Below, one piece after another: positions 13,101-26,600 of a DNA stretch of 64,000 nt. The translations under genes were made by a program, and so were the position numbers. The DNA comes from Macrostomum lignano. Lineage: Eukaryota. The stretch lies in contig NIVC01000467.1 of NCBI GenBank assembly GCA_002269645.1, forward strand, positions 62,001-126,000, written 5' to 3'. Numbering within the stretch: position 1 is the stretch's first letter; each line of letters begins with the position of its first letter. The notes beneath the pieces are model-generated. The model was not told where the DNA came from and made no database searches. It saw nothing but the letters and a program-made list of their open reading frames with translations.

Positions 13101-16100
13101 CCACTAATCCTGAATTCGGCGCTAATTATCCTGAATTTAGCGTCAGTTATCCTGAATTTGGCGCCACTTATCCTTAACTTGGCGCCGCTTGTCCTGAATT
13201 TAGCGCTCCTTATCCTAAAATTTGACCAGATGTGAACGTCGATCAGCCTGACGAGAAATCGATAATGACGTACGTGGTTACTTATTATCACTACTTCTCC
13301 AAGGCAAAATCTGAGTCCGTATCCGCTAAACGATTAAGTCGGGTACTGCAACAGGCTCAAGACATTAGCGAATTGATTGGACAATATGAGCAATTGTCAA
13401 CCAGTTTGATTAAATGGATTGAACAGACTATTGAGCTGTTGAATGATCGACAGCTCGCCAATTCTGTAGCCGGTGTTCAGACTCAATTGCAAGTGAGTTT
13501 CTGCTTTATTCTCCAGTGACCTACCAATCCTTTATCAGATCTTCAGTGACCTAAAAATCCTTTGTCAGATCTTCAGTGACCTACCAATCCTTTGTCAGAT
13601 CTTCAGTGACCTACCAATCCTTTGTCAGATCTTCAGTGACCTACCAATCCTTTGTCAGATCTTCAGTGACCTACCAATCCTTTGTCAGATCTTCAGTGAC
13701 CTACCAATCCTTTGTCAGCTCTTCAGTGACCTACAAACTCCCAGTGACCTACCAACTCCCAGTGATCTACAAACTCCCAGTGACCTACCAACTCCCAGTG
13801 ACCTACCAATTCCAGTGACCTACCAACTCCCAGTGACCTACCAACTCCCAGTGACCTACCAACTCCCAGTGACCTACCAACTCCCAGTGACCTACCAACT
13901 CCCAGTGACCTACCAACTCCCAGTGACCTACCAACTCCCAGTGACCTACCAACTCCCAATGACCTACCAACTCCCAATGACCTACCAACTCCCAGTGACC
14001 TACCAACTCCCAGGGACCTACCAACTCCCAATGACCTACCAACTCCCAATGACCTTCCCACTTCTCAGTGACCTACCAACTCCCAGTGACCTACCAACTC
14101 CCAGTGACCTACCGACTCCCAGTGACCTACCAACTCCCAGTGACCTACCAACTCCCAGTGACCTACCAACTCCCAATGACCTTCCCACTTCTCAGTGACC
14201 TACCAACTCCCAGTGACCTACCAACTCCCAGTGACCTACCAACTCCCAGTGACCTACCGACTCCCAATGACCTACCAACTCCCAGTGACCTACCAACTCC
14301 CAGTGACCTACCAACTCCCAGTGACCTACCAACTCCCAGTGACCTACCAACTCCCAGTGACCTACCAACTCCCAGTGACCTACCAACTCCCAGTGACCTA
14401 CCAACTCCCAGTGACCTACCAACTCCCAGTGACCTACCAACTCCCAGTGACCTACCAACTCCCAGTGACCTACCAACTCCCAGTGACCTACCAACTCCCA
14501 GTGACCTACCAACTCCCAATGACCTACCAACTCCCAGTGACCTACCAACTCCCAGTGATCTACAAACTCCCAGTGACCTACCAACTCCCAGTGACCTACA
14601 AACTCTCAGTGACCTACCAACTCCCAGTGATCTACCGACTCCTAGTGACCTACCAACTCCCAGTGATCTACCAACTCCCAATGACCTACCAACTCCCAGT
14701 GACCTACCAACTCCCAGTGATCTACCGACTCCCAGTGACCTACCAACTCCCAGTGATCTACCAACTCCCAGTGACCTACCAAATTCATTGAAAGCCGTTC
14801 AGTGACCTGCCAATCCTACAATGCATACGCAGGCATTCGGAACCTATCGAGCGGTAGAGAAGCCGCCAAAGTTCACGGAGAAAGGCAATCTGGAAGTGCA
14901 GCTATTCACTATACAACAGAGACTGCGAGCCAATAACCAGAAACCGCACCTACCCAGAGAACTTGGCCTTTTAGCCAGAGTAGACGAAGCTTGGCACCGT
15001 CTTGAAGGAGCGGAGCACGCCAGAGACATCGCCCTGCACGAGGAGCTGATGCGACAGCGGCGGCTCGAACAGCTGGCCAATCGGTTCGATCGCAAAGCGG
15101 ACATGCGGGAAGCTTGGCTAAGGGAAAATCAGAGCCTAATTGGGCAGGATAATTTTGGCAAAGATTTGCCTGCGGTTCGGGCGGCCACTTGCAAGCACGA
15201 AGCAATTGAAACTGATATATTTGCGTATGAGGAAAGGGTTACGGCTGTGGTAAGTGACGTTGTTGTTCATTGGCTTTTGTTTGCTGAATATCTATTTGTT
15301 TGGCCACTATTTAGCCTACCAGAGGGATTTCTCTGCGTCTAAAAAGGGAATTCTTCTGTTTCTTAGGGGAATTTCTCTGATTCTCAGTGGGGAATCTCTC
15401 ACTTCACAAAGAGGAATTTCTCTGATTCTCAGAGGGACATTTCTCACTTCACAAAGGGGAATTTGTCCGATTCTCCGAGGGGCATTTCTCACTTTACAAA
15501 GGGGAATTTCTCTGATCCTCAGATTGGCATTTCTCACCCTTCAAAGGGGGATTTTTCAGTTTCTTAGACTGGAACTTTTATTTTTTTCATATGGGGAATT
15601 TCACAGTTTCTCAAAGCAGAATTTCTCTTTGTGTCGAATAGGCATATCTCATTTTCTTTGAGAGAATTTCTGTGCTTCTTGGAGGGGAAATTTCTGCTTC
15701 CGAAAAGCAGCTAATGATGTTTTCAAAATGAGAATTTATCTGCATCTCAAAGTTAATTTTTTGGGAAATTTCTCGCTAAGGGGAATTTCATAATGCACTC
15801 AGTGGCCACAACCCGTTGAATTTGACTGATTATATTAACTAGTAGAATGTATAATGCTATAGCAATTTGAATTCCGATTCAATAAATCATAATTAATTTC
15901 ATCTTACAGGTCCGCCTGTCAGCCGAGCTACAGGCCGAGTCCTACCATGACGTGGCCAGAGTTCTGGAACGCAAAGACAGTGTGCTCCGATTGTGGGAGC
16001 ACCTGCTGGCCCTGCTGAGGATCCGGCGAATGCGCTTGGACTTGACACTGCAGCTGCAGTTGGTGTATCAGGTGAGTTAGTGAGTTTGTTAGTTAGTCAG

Positions 16101-17226
16101 TTATTAATTTATTTATTTATTTATTTAGTTAGTTAGTTAGTTTAGTTACTTAGTGAGTTGGTTAGTCAGTCAGTCAGTCAGTCAGTCAGTCAGTCAGTCA
16201 GTCAGTCAGTCAGTCAGTCAGTCAGTCAGTCAGTCAGTCAGTCAGTCAGTCAGTCAGTCAGTCAGTCAGTCAGTCAGTCAGTCAGTCAGTCAGTCAGTCA
16301 GTCAGTCAGTCAGTCAGTCAGTCAGTCAGTCAGTCAGTCAGTCAGTCAGTCAGTCAGTCAGTCAGTCAGTCAGTCAGTCAGTCAGTCAGTCAGTCAGTCA
16401 GTCAGTCAGTCAGTCAGTCAGTCAGTCAGTCAGTCAGTCAGTCAGTCAGTCAGTCAGTCAGTCAGTCAGTCAGTCAGTCAGTCAGTCAGTCAGTCAGTCA
16501 GTCAGTCAGTCAGTCAGTCAGTCAGTCAGTCAGTCAGTCAGTCAGTCAGTCAGTCAGTCAGTCAGTCAGTCAGTCAGTCAGTCAGTCAGTCAGTCAGTCA
16601 GTCAGTCAGTCAGTCAGTCAGTCAGTCAGTCAGTCAGTCAGTCAGTCAGTCAGTCAGTCAGTCAGTCAGTCAGTCAGTCAGTCAGTCAGTCAGTCAGTCA
16701 GTCAGTCAGTCAGTCAGTCAGCCATTCACTCACTCAAGTCAGTCAGTCAGTCAGTCAGTCAGTCAGTCAGTCAGTCAGTCAGTCAGTCAGTCAGTCAGTC
16801 AGTCAGTCAGTCAGTCAGTCAGTCAGTCAGTCAGTCAGTCAGTTAACCCGAACGCCAATTTCAAGGAGCTGCTGCACTGCCTGGACGTCATCGAAGACTT
16901 TACACGCCGACTCCAGTCGGAGAATTACGGCCGCCACCTGCTCAGCGTTGATGACCTGTTAGAAAAGCACGCCCTTTTGGAGGCCGACATTGGTGTACTG
17001 GGTGGCCGGGTGGACTCCGCCTGCGAGGCCGCTCTGGCGTTCGCTGATGGACAACTGCCTGATGAGATAGGAGATTACAGGTGAGCGAAATGATCGATTG
17101 ATTGACTGATTGACTGATTGATTGATTGATTGATTGATTGATCGATTGATTGATTTATTGATTGGTTGACTGATTGACTGATTGATTAATTGATTGATTG
17201 ATTGATTGATTGATTGACTGATTGAC

Positions 17227-17282
<56 letters not shown>

Positions 17283-17366
17283 CGATTGATTGATTTATTG
17301 ATTGGTTGACTGATTGACTGATTGATTAATTGATTGATTGATTGATTGATTGATTGACTGATTGAC

Positions 17367-17410
<44 letters not shown>

Positions 17411-17446
17411 CGATTGATTGATTTATTGATTGGTTGACTGATTGAC

Positions 17447-17477
<31 letters not shown>

Positions 17478-17490
17478 CTGATTGATTGAC

Positions 17491-17549
<59 letters not shown>

Positions 17550-17550
17550 C

Positions 17551-17635
<85 letters not shown>

Positions 17636-20600
17636 TTATTGACTGCCACAAGCTGAGCCCCTCCCTCACGCTCCCCTTCATCTCAGACCCGCCACTCGAG
17701 ACGAAATCGCCGAACGAGTGGCGATCGTTCGCGAAGCATTTGGCCAGCTCGAACAGCGCCGAGATGAGCGCCGCTATCGACTGATTGACAGCCGGCAGCT
17801 GTGGCTGTTCGCCTGGGAGATGGACGAATCTGAGCAGTGGCTGCGTGAGATCGATCAGCTCATGTCCTGTCCGGATATTGGCCGAGATCTGCCGTCCGCT
17901 CAGCTGTTGCTAGGGAAGCATCGCTCCGTTGAGGATGAGGTTTCCGCCAGGCGGGAGTCGTTGCAGCTGCAGATTGAGCGGGGCGAGCTGATGGCAGACG
18001 CCGGGCGTCCCGGATCTAATCTCATCCTGGACCGCATCGATCGGCTCAACGCACTCTGGGATCAGCTGGTCGACCGAGCCGCTGCTAGGAAGGCGCGCCT
18101 GCTGCAGGTGCGCGTCTGATGGGCTGTAGACTTCCCAAATCCCTCAGATTTTGATTGCAAACCTCCCAGATCCCTAAGATTTTGGTTGCAAACCTCCCAG
18201 ATCCTCAGTTGCTGGGCCAGCCTCCCAGATCCTTAGTTGCTGGGCCAGCCTCCCAGATCCTCAGTTGCTGGGCCAGCCTCCCAGATCCTCAGTTGCTGGG
18301 CCAGCCTCCCAGATCCTCAGTTGTTGATTGACCAGCCTCCCAGATCCTCAGTTGCTGGGCCAGCCTCCCAGAGTGTCAGTTGCTGGGCCAGCCTCCCAGA
18401 GTGTCAGTTGCTGGGCCAGCCTCCCAGAGTGTCAGTTGCTGGGCCAGCCTCCCAGAGTGTCAGTTGCTGGGCCCAGATCCCAGATCCCTAGTTGTTGAGG
18501 CAGCCCCCCAGATGCTCATTTTCACAGCCTCTCAAATCTCCACCCCCCCCGAAGGCCTTGGACTTTCACCGGTTCCTCTGCGACTGCGACGAAGCCGACG
18601 CTTGGCTAGTTGAAGCTCTTCGCCTGTGCGAGAACACCGCTGCGGATCTGCAGAGCCTCCTGGACAGCGACAGGAAACTGAGAGATCTTCACGCCGACAT
18701 CGCCGCCTATCGAACGGAGCTGGACACTCTGCACTCTCTGGCCGCCGGTCTCAGCCAAATCGACCGCGACTGTCCGACAACTCAGCAACGATTGGACACC
18801 ATCGAGGAGAGGTACGCCCGACTGCTGGAGCTGTCAAGACTGCAGCGACAGCGCCTAGACGACGCTCTAGCTAAGCGTCGGCTGTGCCAACAGGCTGATC
18901 GACTTCTAGCGTGGATGCTTGAACGGGAGCGACTGTTGGATCGCCTGCTGCCAAGCGTGGATATCGACGAATTAGAAGCTGTCAAGCATCGATTTGATTC
19001 GTTTGAAGCTGAATTGGCTGCGAATGCTAACAAATTGGACGAATTGAATAGCGTAGGGCATCGGGTGAGTTCTAGCGGCTGGCTTTTTACTCAACTAAGG
19101 CTACTTCTTCGTTCTTCCAAGTTAGAGCGGCCAATCAGGTAAGTCGGAAGACATTCCTAGTTAAGTTAGGAAGACGGAAGAATTGTTTAATTTAAAGAGC
19201 GTCGCGAAAATTTAAGAGATATATCCGAATTTTTCTACTGCGGTTAGTAGCGCGCAAAGTCTTTGTAGTAGTAGTGATCCAGGAGTTCCAAATTTGGCAA
19301 CTTGGTAAAATGTAATAATATAATCGTTTTTTTATTATAAATAGCCTTCGAAATAGTAGGAATGATAATGATGCGCCTTAATAATAAAATCAATTCTATA
19401 ACAATAACGAGATCCTCCAAAAGGGCGTCTTCTTCTAGAAATAATGAAATCAGTGTCGTGTGCCCCTATCTGTTACTCTAGGGTACCAAAATCAATCTAT
19501 CAATAATTGTCTAATTCCGAGTATCAAAATCGGTCCGCAGATCCTATCCAAAGATTTCGACAAAAGCTTACCAATTGGTTTACTTCTCCCTCGGAGACGT
19601 AGCCTCGTTTAGCTGCTCTAGCAAAGCTCAAGATCTCTTGAGGCCGCCCTGAGTCTGAGATTTCAGCTCGGATTTTTTACTTATATTTGTACCCAATTTG
19701 AGTCGGCCCAGAGCTCAAACCGGTTTTTTATGAGGTCAAGAAAGCAATTTTATCATTTGACAGGTGGGGTTCTTCGCACAATGGAATAGTGATTCGCTGG
19801 TTTCGTTATACTGCTAAGAATAGGTTATAATCGCGTTTTACATATTTTTATCGTTCTACTTCTAGTAGTTTGCTTATACTGTATTTTAGGAGATCTCTAC
19901 TAGTGCACAGCGGTCCTAACTTTATTTATCGTTAGGCATGTACACTTCACTGTGCCTTTGGGGGTTGGCCCTCAGGCTGTGCGTTAATTGCACGAGCAGA
20001 GCCAAGCTGAGGTTCCAATTTAGCTCCAAATTAATGTGACTGCACTTGGAATCGAGCCTGGGCCGCTGGCACATCAGAGCGCCGAGCTATACCACTGGGC
20101 TACGGCACCCGCGTAGTTTCAGAGAATCTGGTAGCAGATTTCGTAGATTTTCATTTTATTTTTTATAGTACTTTGGAATAAACTACTTGTAGATGGTCAT
20201 CACAGGCATAAGTACCAGCCCCCAAGGCACAGAGAGTGTACATGCCTGATGATTAGAAAGAAGCCGCTTTGTGGGATGCGATGCCCCCGAAGGCGTTGCG
20301 CCACAGGTTGAAAAAACTGTTATTCATAACAATTCTGAAAGTCTGACGAACTGAAAATCTACAAAACATTTTATTCATATAACATCCTCAGCTGCAGAGC
20401 ATCGAACACCCCGATAGCGAAGAGATCGCAGGTCTACTCGCCTCGCTCAACTCGCATTGGTCTCGCCTAGTCGACTTGACCGATTGCCGCAGATTTCAAA
20501 TCAATTCCGCCTACGATTTGAACGCCTATCTGGTGGCGTGCCGTGAGACCGCAGCCTGGATTGAGGACAAGTCCAACCTGATTGGCTCCACAGATCGGCT

Positions 20601-23600
20601 GGGCGACAACCTTGCCGGATTTGTACAGCTGCAGCGTCGATTGCAACGACTTAACGCCGATATGCTGGCAATTGAAGCTCGACTGAGCAGTCTTGATGAC
20701 GAATACGACAGACTGATTGACTGTCTACCAGATGAAGCTGAGAGGCTGACCGAACAGCGCAATCGTCTTGCCGATCTGTGGCGTCAGTTGTGCGACCAAC
20801 GCGATAGACGTCTTAGTAGACTCGAAGCGTCCTCTGAGTTGCAGAAATTTCTGCAGGATTTGGATCACTTTCAGGTTGGGTGATTTTTTTATAAGTTTCT
20901 CTTCTTTCAATTCAGTAGCATAAGAAGAATGTGTTAGCTGTTATTATGAAAACAAATACAATACAGATACAAATACAAATGCAAATACTTGATAAACAAC
21001 TCTTAATGTACATTAGGATAACGCCACTGTAAATGTACATGTTTGAAAATGTGCTAAGCGGCTTTACCTAATTATAATTGCAAGCATCAATTTAGATTCA
21101 ATATACACTTGGGAATTCACACCCAATGTACACTGGCCAATCCTCACTCAATGTACACTGGCCAATCCTCACCCGATGTACACTGGCCAATCCTCACCCG
21201 ATGTACACTGGCCAATCCTCACCTGATGTACACTGGCCAATCCTCACCCAATGAACACTGGCCAATCCTCACCCAATGTACACTGACCAATCCTCACCCA
21301 ATGTACACTGGGCAATCCACACCCAATGTACACTGGCCAATCTTCACCCAATGTACACTGACCAATCCTCACCCAATGTACACTGGCCAATCCTCACCCA
21401 ATGTACACTGACCAATCCTCACCAAATGTACACTGGCCAATCCTCACCCAATGTACACTGACCAATCCTCGCCAAATGTACACTGGCCAATCCTCACCAA
21501 ATGTACACTGGCCAATCCTCATCCAATGTATACTGGGCAATCCACACCCAATGTACACTGACCAATCCTCACCCAATGTACACTGACCAATCCTCACCGG
21601 ATGTACACTGGCCAATCCTCACCTGATGTACACTGGCCAATCCACACCCAATGTACACTGGCCAATCCTCACCGGATGTACACTGACCAATCCTCACCGG
21701 ATGTACACTGGCCAATCCTCACCTGATGTACACTGGCCAATCCACACCCAATGTACACTGGCCAATCCTCACCTGATGTACACTGGCCAATCCTCACCCG
21801 ATGTACACTGGCCAATCCTCACCCAATGTACACTGGGCAATTCACACCCAATGTACTCTGGCCAATCCTCACCCAATGTACTCTGGCCAATCCTCACCCA
21901 ATGTACACTGGGAAATTCACACCCAATGTACTCTGGCCAACCCTCACCAAATGTACACTGGCCAATCCTCATCCAATGTACACTGGGCAATCCACACCCA
22001 ATGTACACTGGCCAATCCTCATCCAATGTACACTGGCCAATCCTCATCCAATGTACACTGGGCAATCCTCATCCAATGTACACTGGGCAATCCTCACCCA
22101 ATGTACACAAATTTCAGATGTGGCTAAGCACCACTCAGACGGCCATCGCTACAGAGTCCATCCCAAGAGATCTAGCAGATGCTGAAAAACTACTGATGGA
22201 GCATCACAGCCTGAAACAGGAGATCAACGGCTACTCAAACGAGTTCGACAGTCTTATCAGCTACGGCAGGCAGATCTGCTCCGAAGGTCAAACTGACCCG
22301 CAGTACATCCTGCTGGATCAGAGACTCAGCGCCATATCGGATGGTTGGCACAGCCTGGCTCAGATGTGGCAAGCGAAACGGTTAACTCTGTCGAATGCGC
22401 TGAGCTTGCACCTGTTCCTGAGAGATGCGGCCCAGTGCGAACTGCTTCTGATCCGGCAGGAGAGCTTTCTGGCTAAACAGGAGATGCCCAGCTCTGTTAG
22501 TGCAGTTGCAGTCTTTGAATCTGCCTCTCCGCTCTCCTCACTCAGTCCTTGAATCTGCCTGTGCGCTCTCCTCACTCAGTCCTTGAATCTGCCTCTCCGC
22601 TCTCCTCACTCAGGACTTGAATCTGCCTCTCCGCTCTCCTCACTCAGTCTTTGAATCTGCCTGTGCGCTCTCCTCACTCAGTCCTTGAATCTGCCTCTCC
22701 GCTCTCCTCACTCAGTCCTTGAATCTGCCTCTCCGCTCTCCTCACTCAGTCCTTGAATCTGCCTCTCCGCTCTCCTCACTCAGTCCTTGAATCTGCCTCT
22801 CCGCTGTCTTTCAGTCACAAAAGTTCGACATTTTCATTATTTTTTTCATTTTTGTTACTGAATTTAACAACAAAACTACGTTATACTACTATCCCACTGT
22901 TTAAAGTATTGTCAATCGTATAAAATCTTATATTTATGTTTATTCCAGGCCGAACATGCCGATAGGCTGGTGCACAAATGCGAAGCTTTCATCGCTTCGA
23001 TGCGTAACGCCGAGCAGAAGCTCGAATTGCTAGACGAGACTGGTCAGCGCCTGCTCGAGGATCAGGATGCTGCCGCCAGTGCGGACGGAGCAACATCGGA
23101 TGTCGAAGCATCCCAGCAGCAGCGCCGCTGTTTGGGGGGACGCGATAAAGTCGTTCAGAAACTCGACTCGATTCGACGCAGACGCCTCGCCAATTCTAAC
23201 AGAGCCGCAGAGCTGCTAGATAAGCTTCGGGGTCTGGCTCAACTGCAGCAGCTTCGACAGGAGGTGGGCGACCTGGCTGAATGGATCGACGATCGGCTGG
23301 CAATGGCAGCGGCTGCCGCCGATGAAGCCGCTGACCCTAGCAGAGATGCTGCCGGGAATTTAGCTGGGAGGTGAGTTGAGGAGAAATTAGCTGGGAATTG
23401 AGAGCACAATCTTGGATATACGTCATTAGAAGCGCCGAACCCCTAATCCGACTTACTATTTATCATTGATATTCTAACTAACGTCACTCATCAAACTTCA
23501 ATCCCTGTCATTAGGCGTCAACCCCTAATCCTTAATGCGTGTCATTAGGCGTCAACCTCTAATCCCAACTGGGTGTCATTAGGTGTCAACCTCTAATCCC

Positions 23601-26600
23601 TAATGCGTGTCATTAGGCGTCCACCTCTAATCACTGATGGGTGTCATTAGGCATCAACCTCTAATACCTAATGCGTGTCATTAGGCGTCAACCTCTAATC
23701 ACTGATGGGTGTCATTAGGCATTAACCTCTAATCCCAAATGGGTGTCATTAGGCGTCAACCTCTAATCCCTAATGGGTGTCATTCGGCGTCCACCTCTTA
23801 TACCTAATGGGTGTCATTAAGCGTCAACCTCTAATCCCTAAATGGGTGTCATTAGGCGTTTACCTTTAATCCCTAATGGGTGTCATTCGGCGTCCACCTC
23901 TTATACCTAATGGGTGTCATTAAGCGTCAACCTCTAATCCCTAAATGGTGTCATTAGGCGTCCACTTCTAATCTCTAATGGGTTTCATTAGGCGTCAACC
24001 TGTCAACCTCTAATACCTAATGGGTGTCATTAGGCGTCAACCTCTAATACATAATGGGTGTCATTAGGCGTCACTCCTAATTCAGCTTCTTACGTAGAAT
24101 CAGAGGGCACCCTGGCGCACTTTAAGCGGCATTGTCAACACACCCGGCGAGAGGCATCACTGCCCCCACTCCGCCGACTCCCCTGAGCAGGCACACAAGG
24201 GCGCGGATACGTACGCAGTCATACGCACAGGCACACACTCACACAGGAGTGTACAGCGGCCCTAACTTTATTTATCGTTAGGCATGTACACTTCACTGCG
24301 CCTTTGGGGTTGGTCCTCAAGCTGGGCGTTAATTGAAGCCCCAAATTAATGTGACTGAACTTGGAATCGAGCCTGGGCCGCTGGCACATTAGAGCGCCGC
24401 GCCAGACCACTGGGCTACGGCACCCACACTCCTAAAATGGGTGTTAGTTATTAAACGTCAAGCCCTAACCCATAAGCTGCTAAATCTTAAATCCTCACCA
24501 ATCACTAAATTTACCACGTAAACAATCTTGACCGCAGGTACAATCGTCATCGAAATTTTGAACGCGAGATAGCGGCCAACAAGGAGAGACTGAGCACTGT
24601 GATTTTGCACGCTGAGCAGCTGATTTCTCAGCTGCCCGAGCACCGGGATGAGGTGAGTTCATTTAATAATGAACTTTGTCTTATTCAGTTTAAATCTAAA
24701 TAAAATATTCCAATGTGTCTGAGGTGCCTAATGTGTCCCAAGAGTCTAATGAGTCTTAAGTGTCTAATGTGTTCTAAGTGTATAATGTGTCTTAAGTGTC
24801 TAATGTGTCTTAAGTGTCTAATGTGTCCCAAGTGTCTATTGTGTCCCAAGTGTCTACTGTGTCCCGAGTCCATAATGTGTCCTAAATGTCTAATGTGTCT
24901 CAAATGTTTAATGTTTCCCATGTTTCTAATGCATCTCAAGTGTCTAATTTGTCCTAGATTTCGAGTTGGCTAATGTGTCCCATGTGTCCTAAATGTCTAA
25001 TGTGACCCGAATTTCTTGTATATCTCACCTGTCTTATTCATCCTACATGTCATATTCTGACAGGGTGTTAAAGCATCATAGCATACTCTCAAAATCGTTT
25101 GACAGATCCAACAAGAGATGAGCGCCCTGACATCTAAATGGTCCATGTTGGAAGATCTGGTGCAACAGAAAGGCCAAGAACTTCTAGAAGTAAACAGAGA
25201 GGCTATTTTTAACAGTACTGCTCAAGACGTCAACGCCTGGATGGAGAAGCTGATCAGCCAGATGTCCCTTGACGAGGAGCAAGTGGTCACCCTGACTGAT
25301 GTAGACGTGCTTCTGCGAGGCATCGAAGCTCAGGAGCAGGAGATGCTGGACCGCCAGCAACAGCTCGAGGACCTGGACGAGCATCGGGCTCGTTTGATCG
25401 AACGGCACCCTGAGCGGGAGGCAGTGTTTGAGAAGACTCACTCCACTTTGAAGCAGACTTTTGTGCAGCTACGCGAACCAGTTGACAAGATCAAGGCCGA
25501 TTTGATGAAGCGGCGGAGGCTGAGACAGGTAATAACGTAAACACATGGATCTCTACCGCTTCTTAACTGGATTATCATAGTCTCCCTAGAATGCATTTCC
25601 CTGGAATCTCCTTTGAATTGATTTCCCTTGGATCTCTCTTAAATGGATTTCCCTAGGATCTCCCTTGAATGGATTTCCCCGGGATCTCCCTTGAATGGAT
25701 TTCCCTGGGATCTCCCTTTGAATGGATTTCATGGGGTCTCTCTTGAATGGATTTCCCTGGGATCTCCCTAAAATGGATTTCCGGGATCACCATTGAATGA
25801 ATTCCCTTGGATCTCCCTTTGAATGGATTTCCCTGGGATCTCCCTTTGAATGGATTTCCCTGGGATCTCCCTTGAATGGATTTCCCTGGGAGTTCCATTA
25901 ACTGAATCCCCCTGAGGATATCCCTTATTTAGATTGCCCAAGGCTTCCCCTAAATGATAAAGTACATATCAAGTAGGGTTCCAATTTTCCTTACCATTTC
26001 TCTCACTCATCCCAAGAAAACTAAAACAATATCCCTCAGATACTACTCAGTCTGGACGAAGAAATCGCCTGGGCCGTCGAGCGACTCGCCATGGCCAGCT
26101 CCAAGGACGCGGGCGATTCTCTTCTAACCGTGACTCAACTCAAGCGCCGGCACCAGACGCTAACGGCCGAGATTGCGGCCAGGCGGCCAAGGATGCTGAA
26201 GATTCTGGCCTCCGCTGATGAAGCGGCAAACGAAGCTGGGCAGCCAAGCGAATCAGCCAAGCGCTACTCGGACAGTGCCGGACAGTTGAAATCGACTTGG
26301 AACCGGCTGGACGAATCTCTGACTGTTAGATCGGACCTGCTGGACCGCAGCGAATCAGTGCACGGCTGGTTGAATGATGCTCACGAAGCTGAACTCTGGC
26401 TGGCCGAACGGGAGCTGCTCTGCGCTGCCGGGCTCGCTGCCACCGCGCCTGATTCGCCACAAGCTGCCGCCACCGCCGCCTCCGGCGCCTCGGAGGCCTC
26501 CATCGCCAAGTCTATCCGTCGAAACGACAATCTAGAATCCGACGTTGAACAATACGGTCGCGATATAATTAGTCAGCTGGGGATTCGAGCTCGCGACCTT

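Noticed and set aside
13576-17681. Long ORFs TYQLPV, SDLPTP, SQSV and NQSI
   Set aside because: They are translations of intronic tandem repeats lying between phase-consistent spectrin exons.
20245-20260. Hammerhead ribozyme core (CTGATGA..GAAA)
   Set aside because: No stems I-III can be formed. It is a diverged SINE tail, and other copies lack the core.
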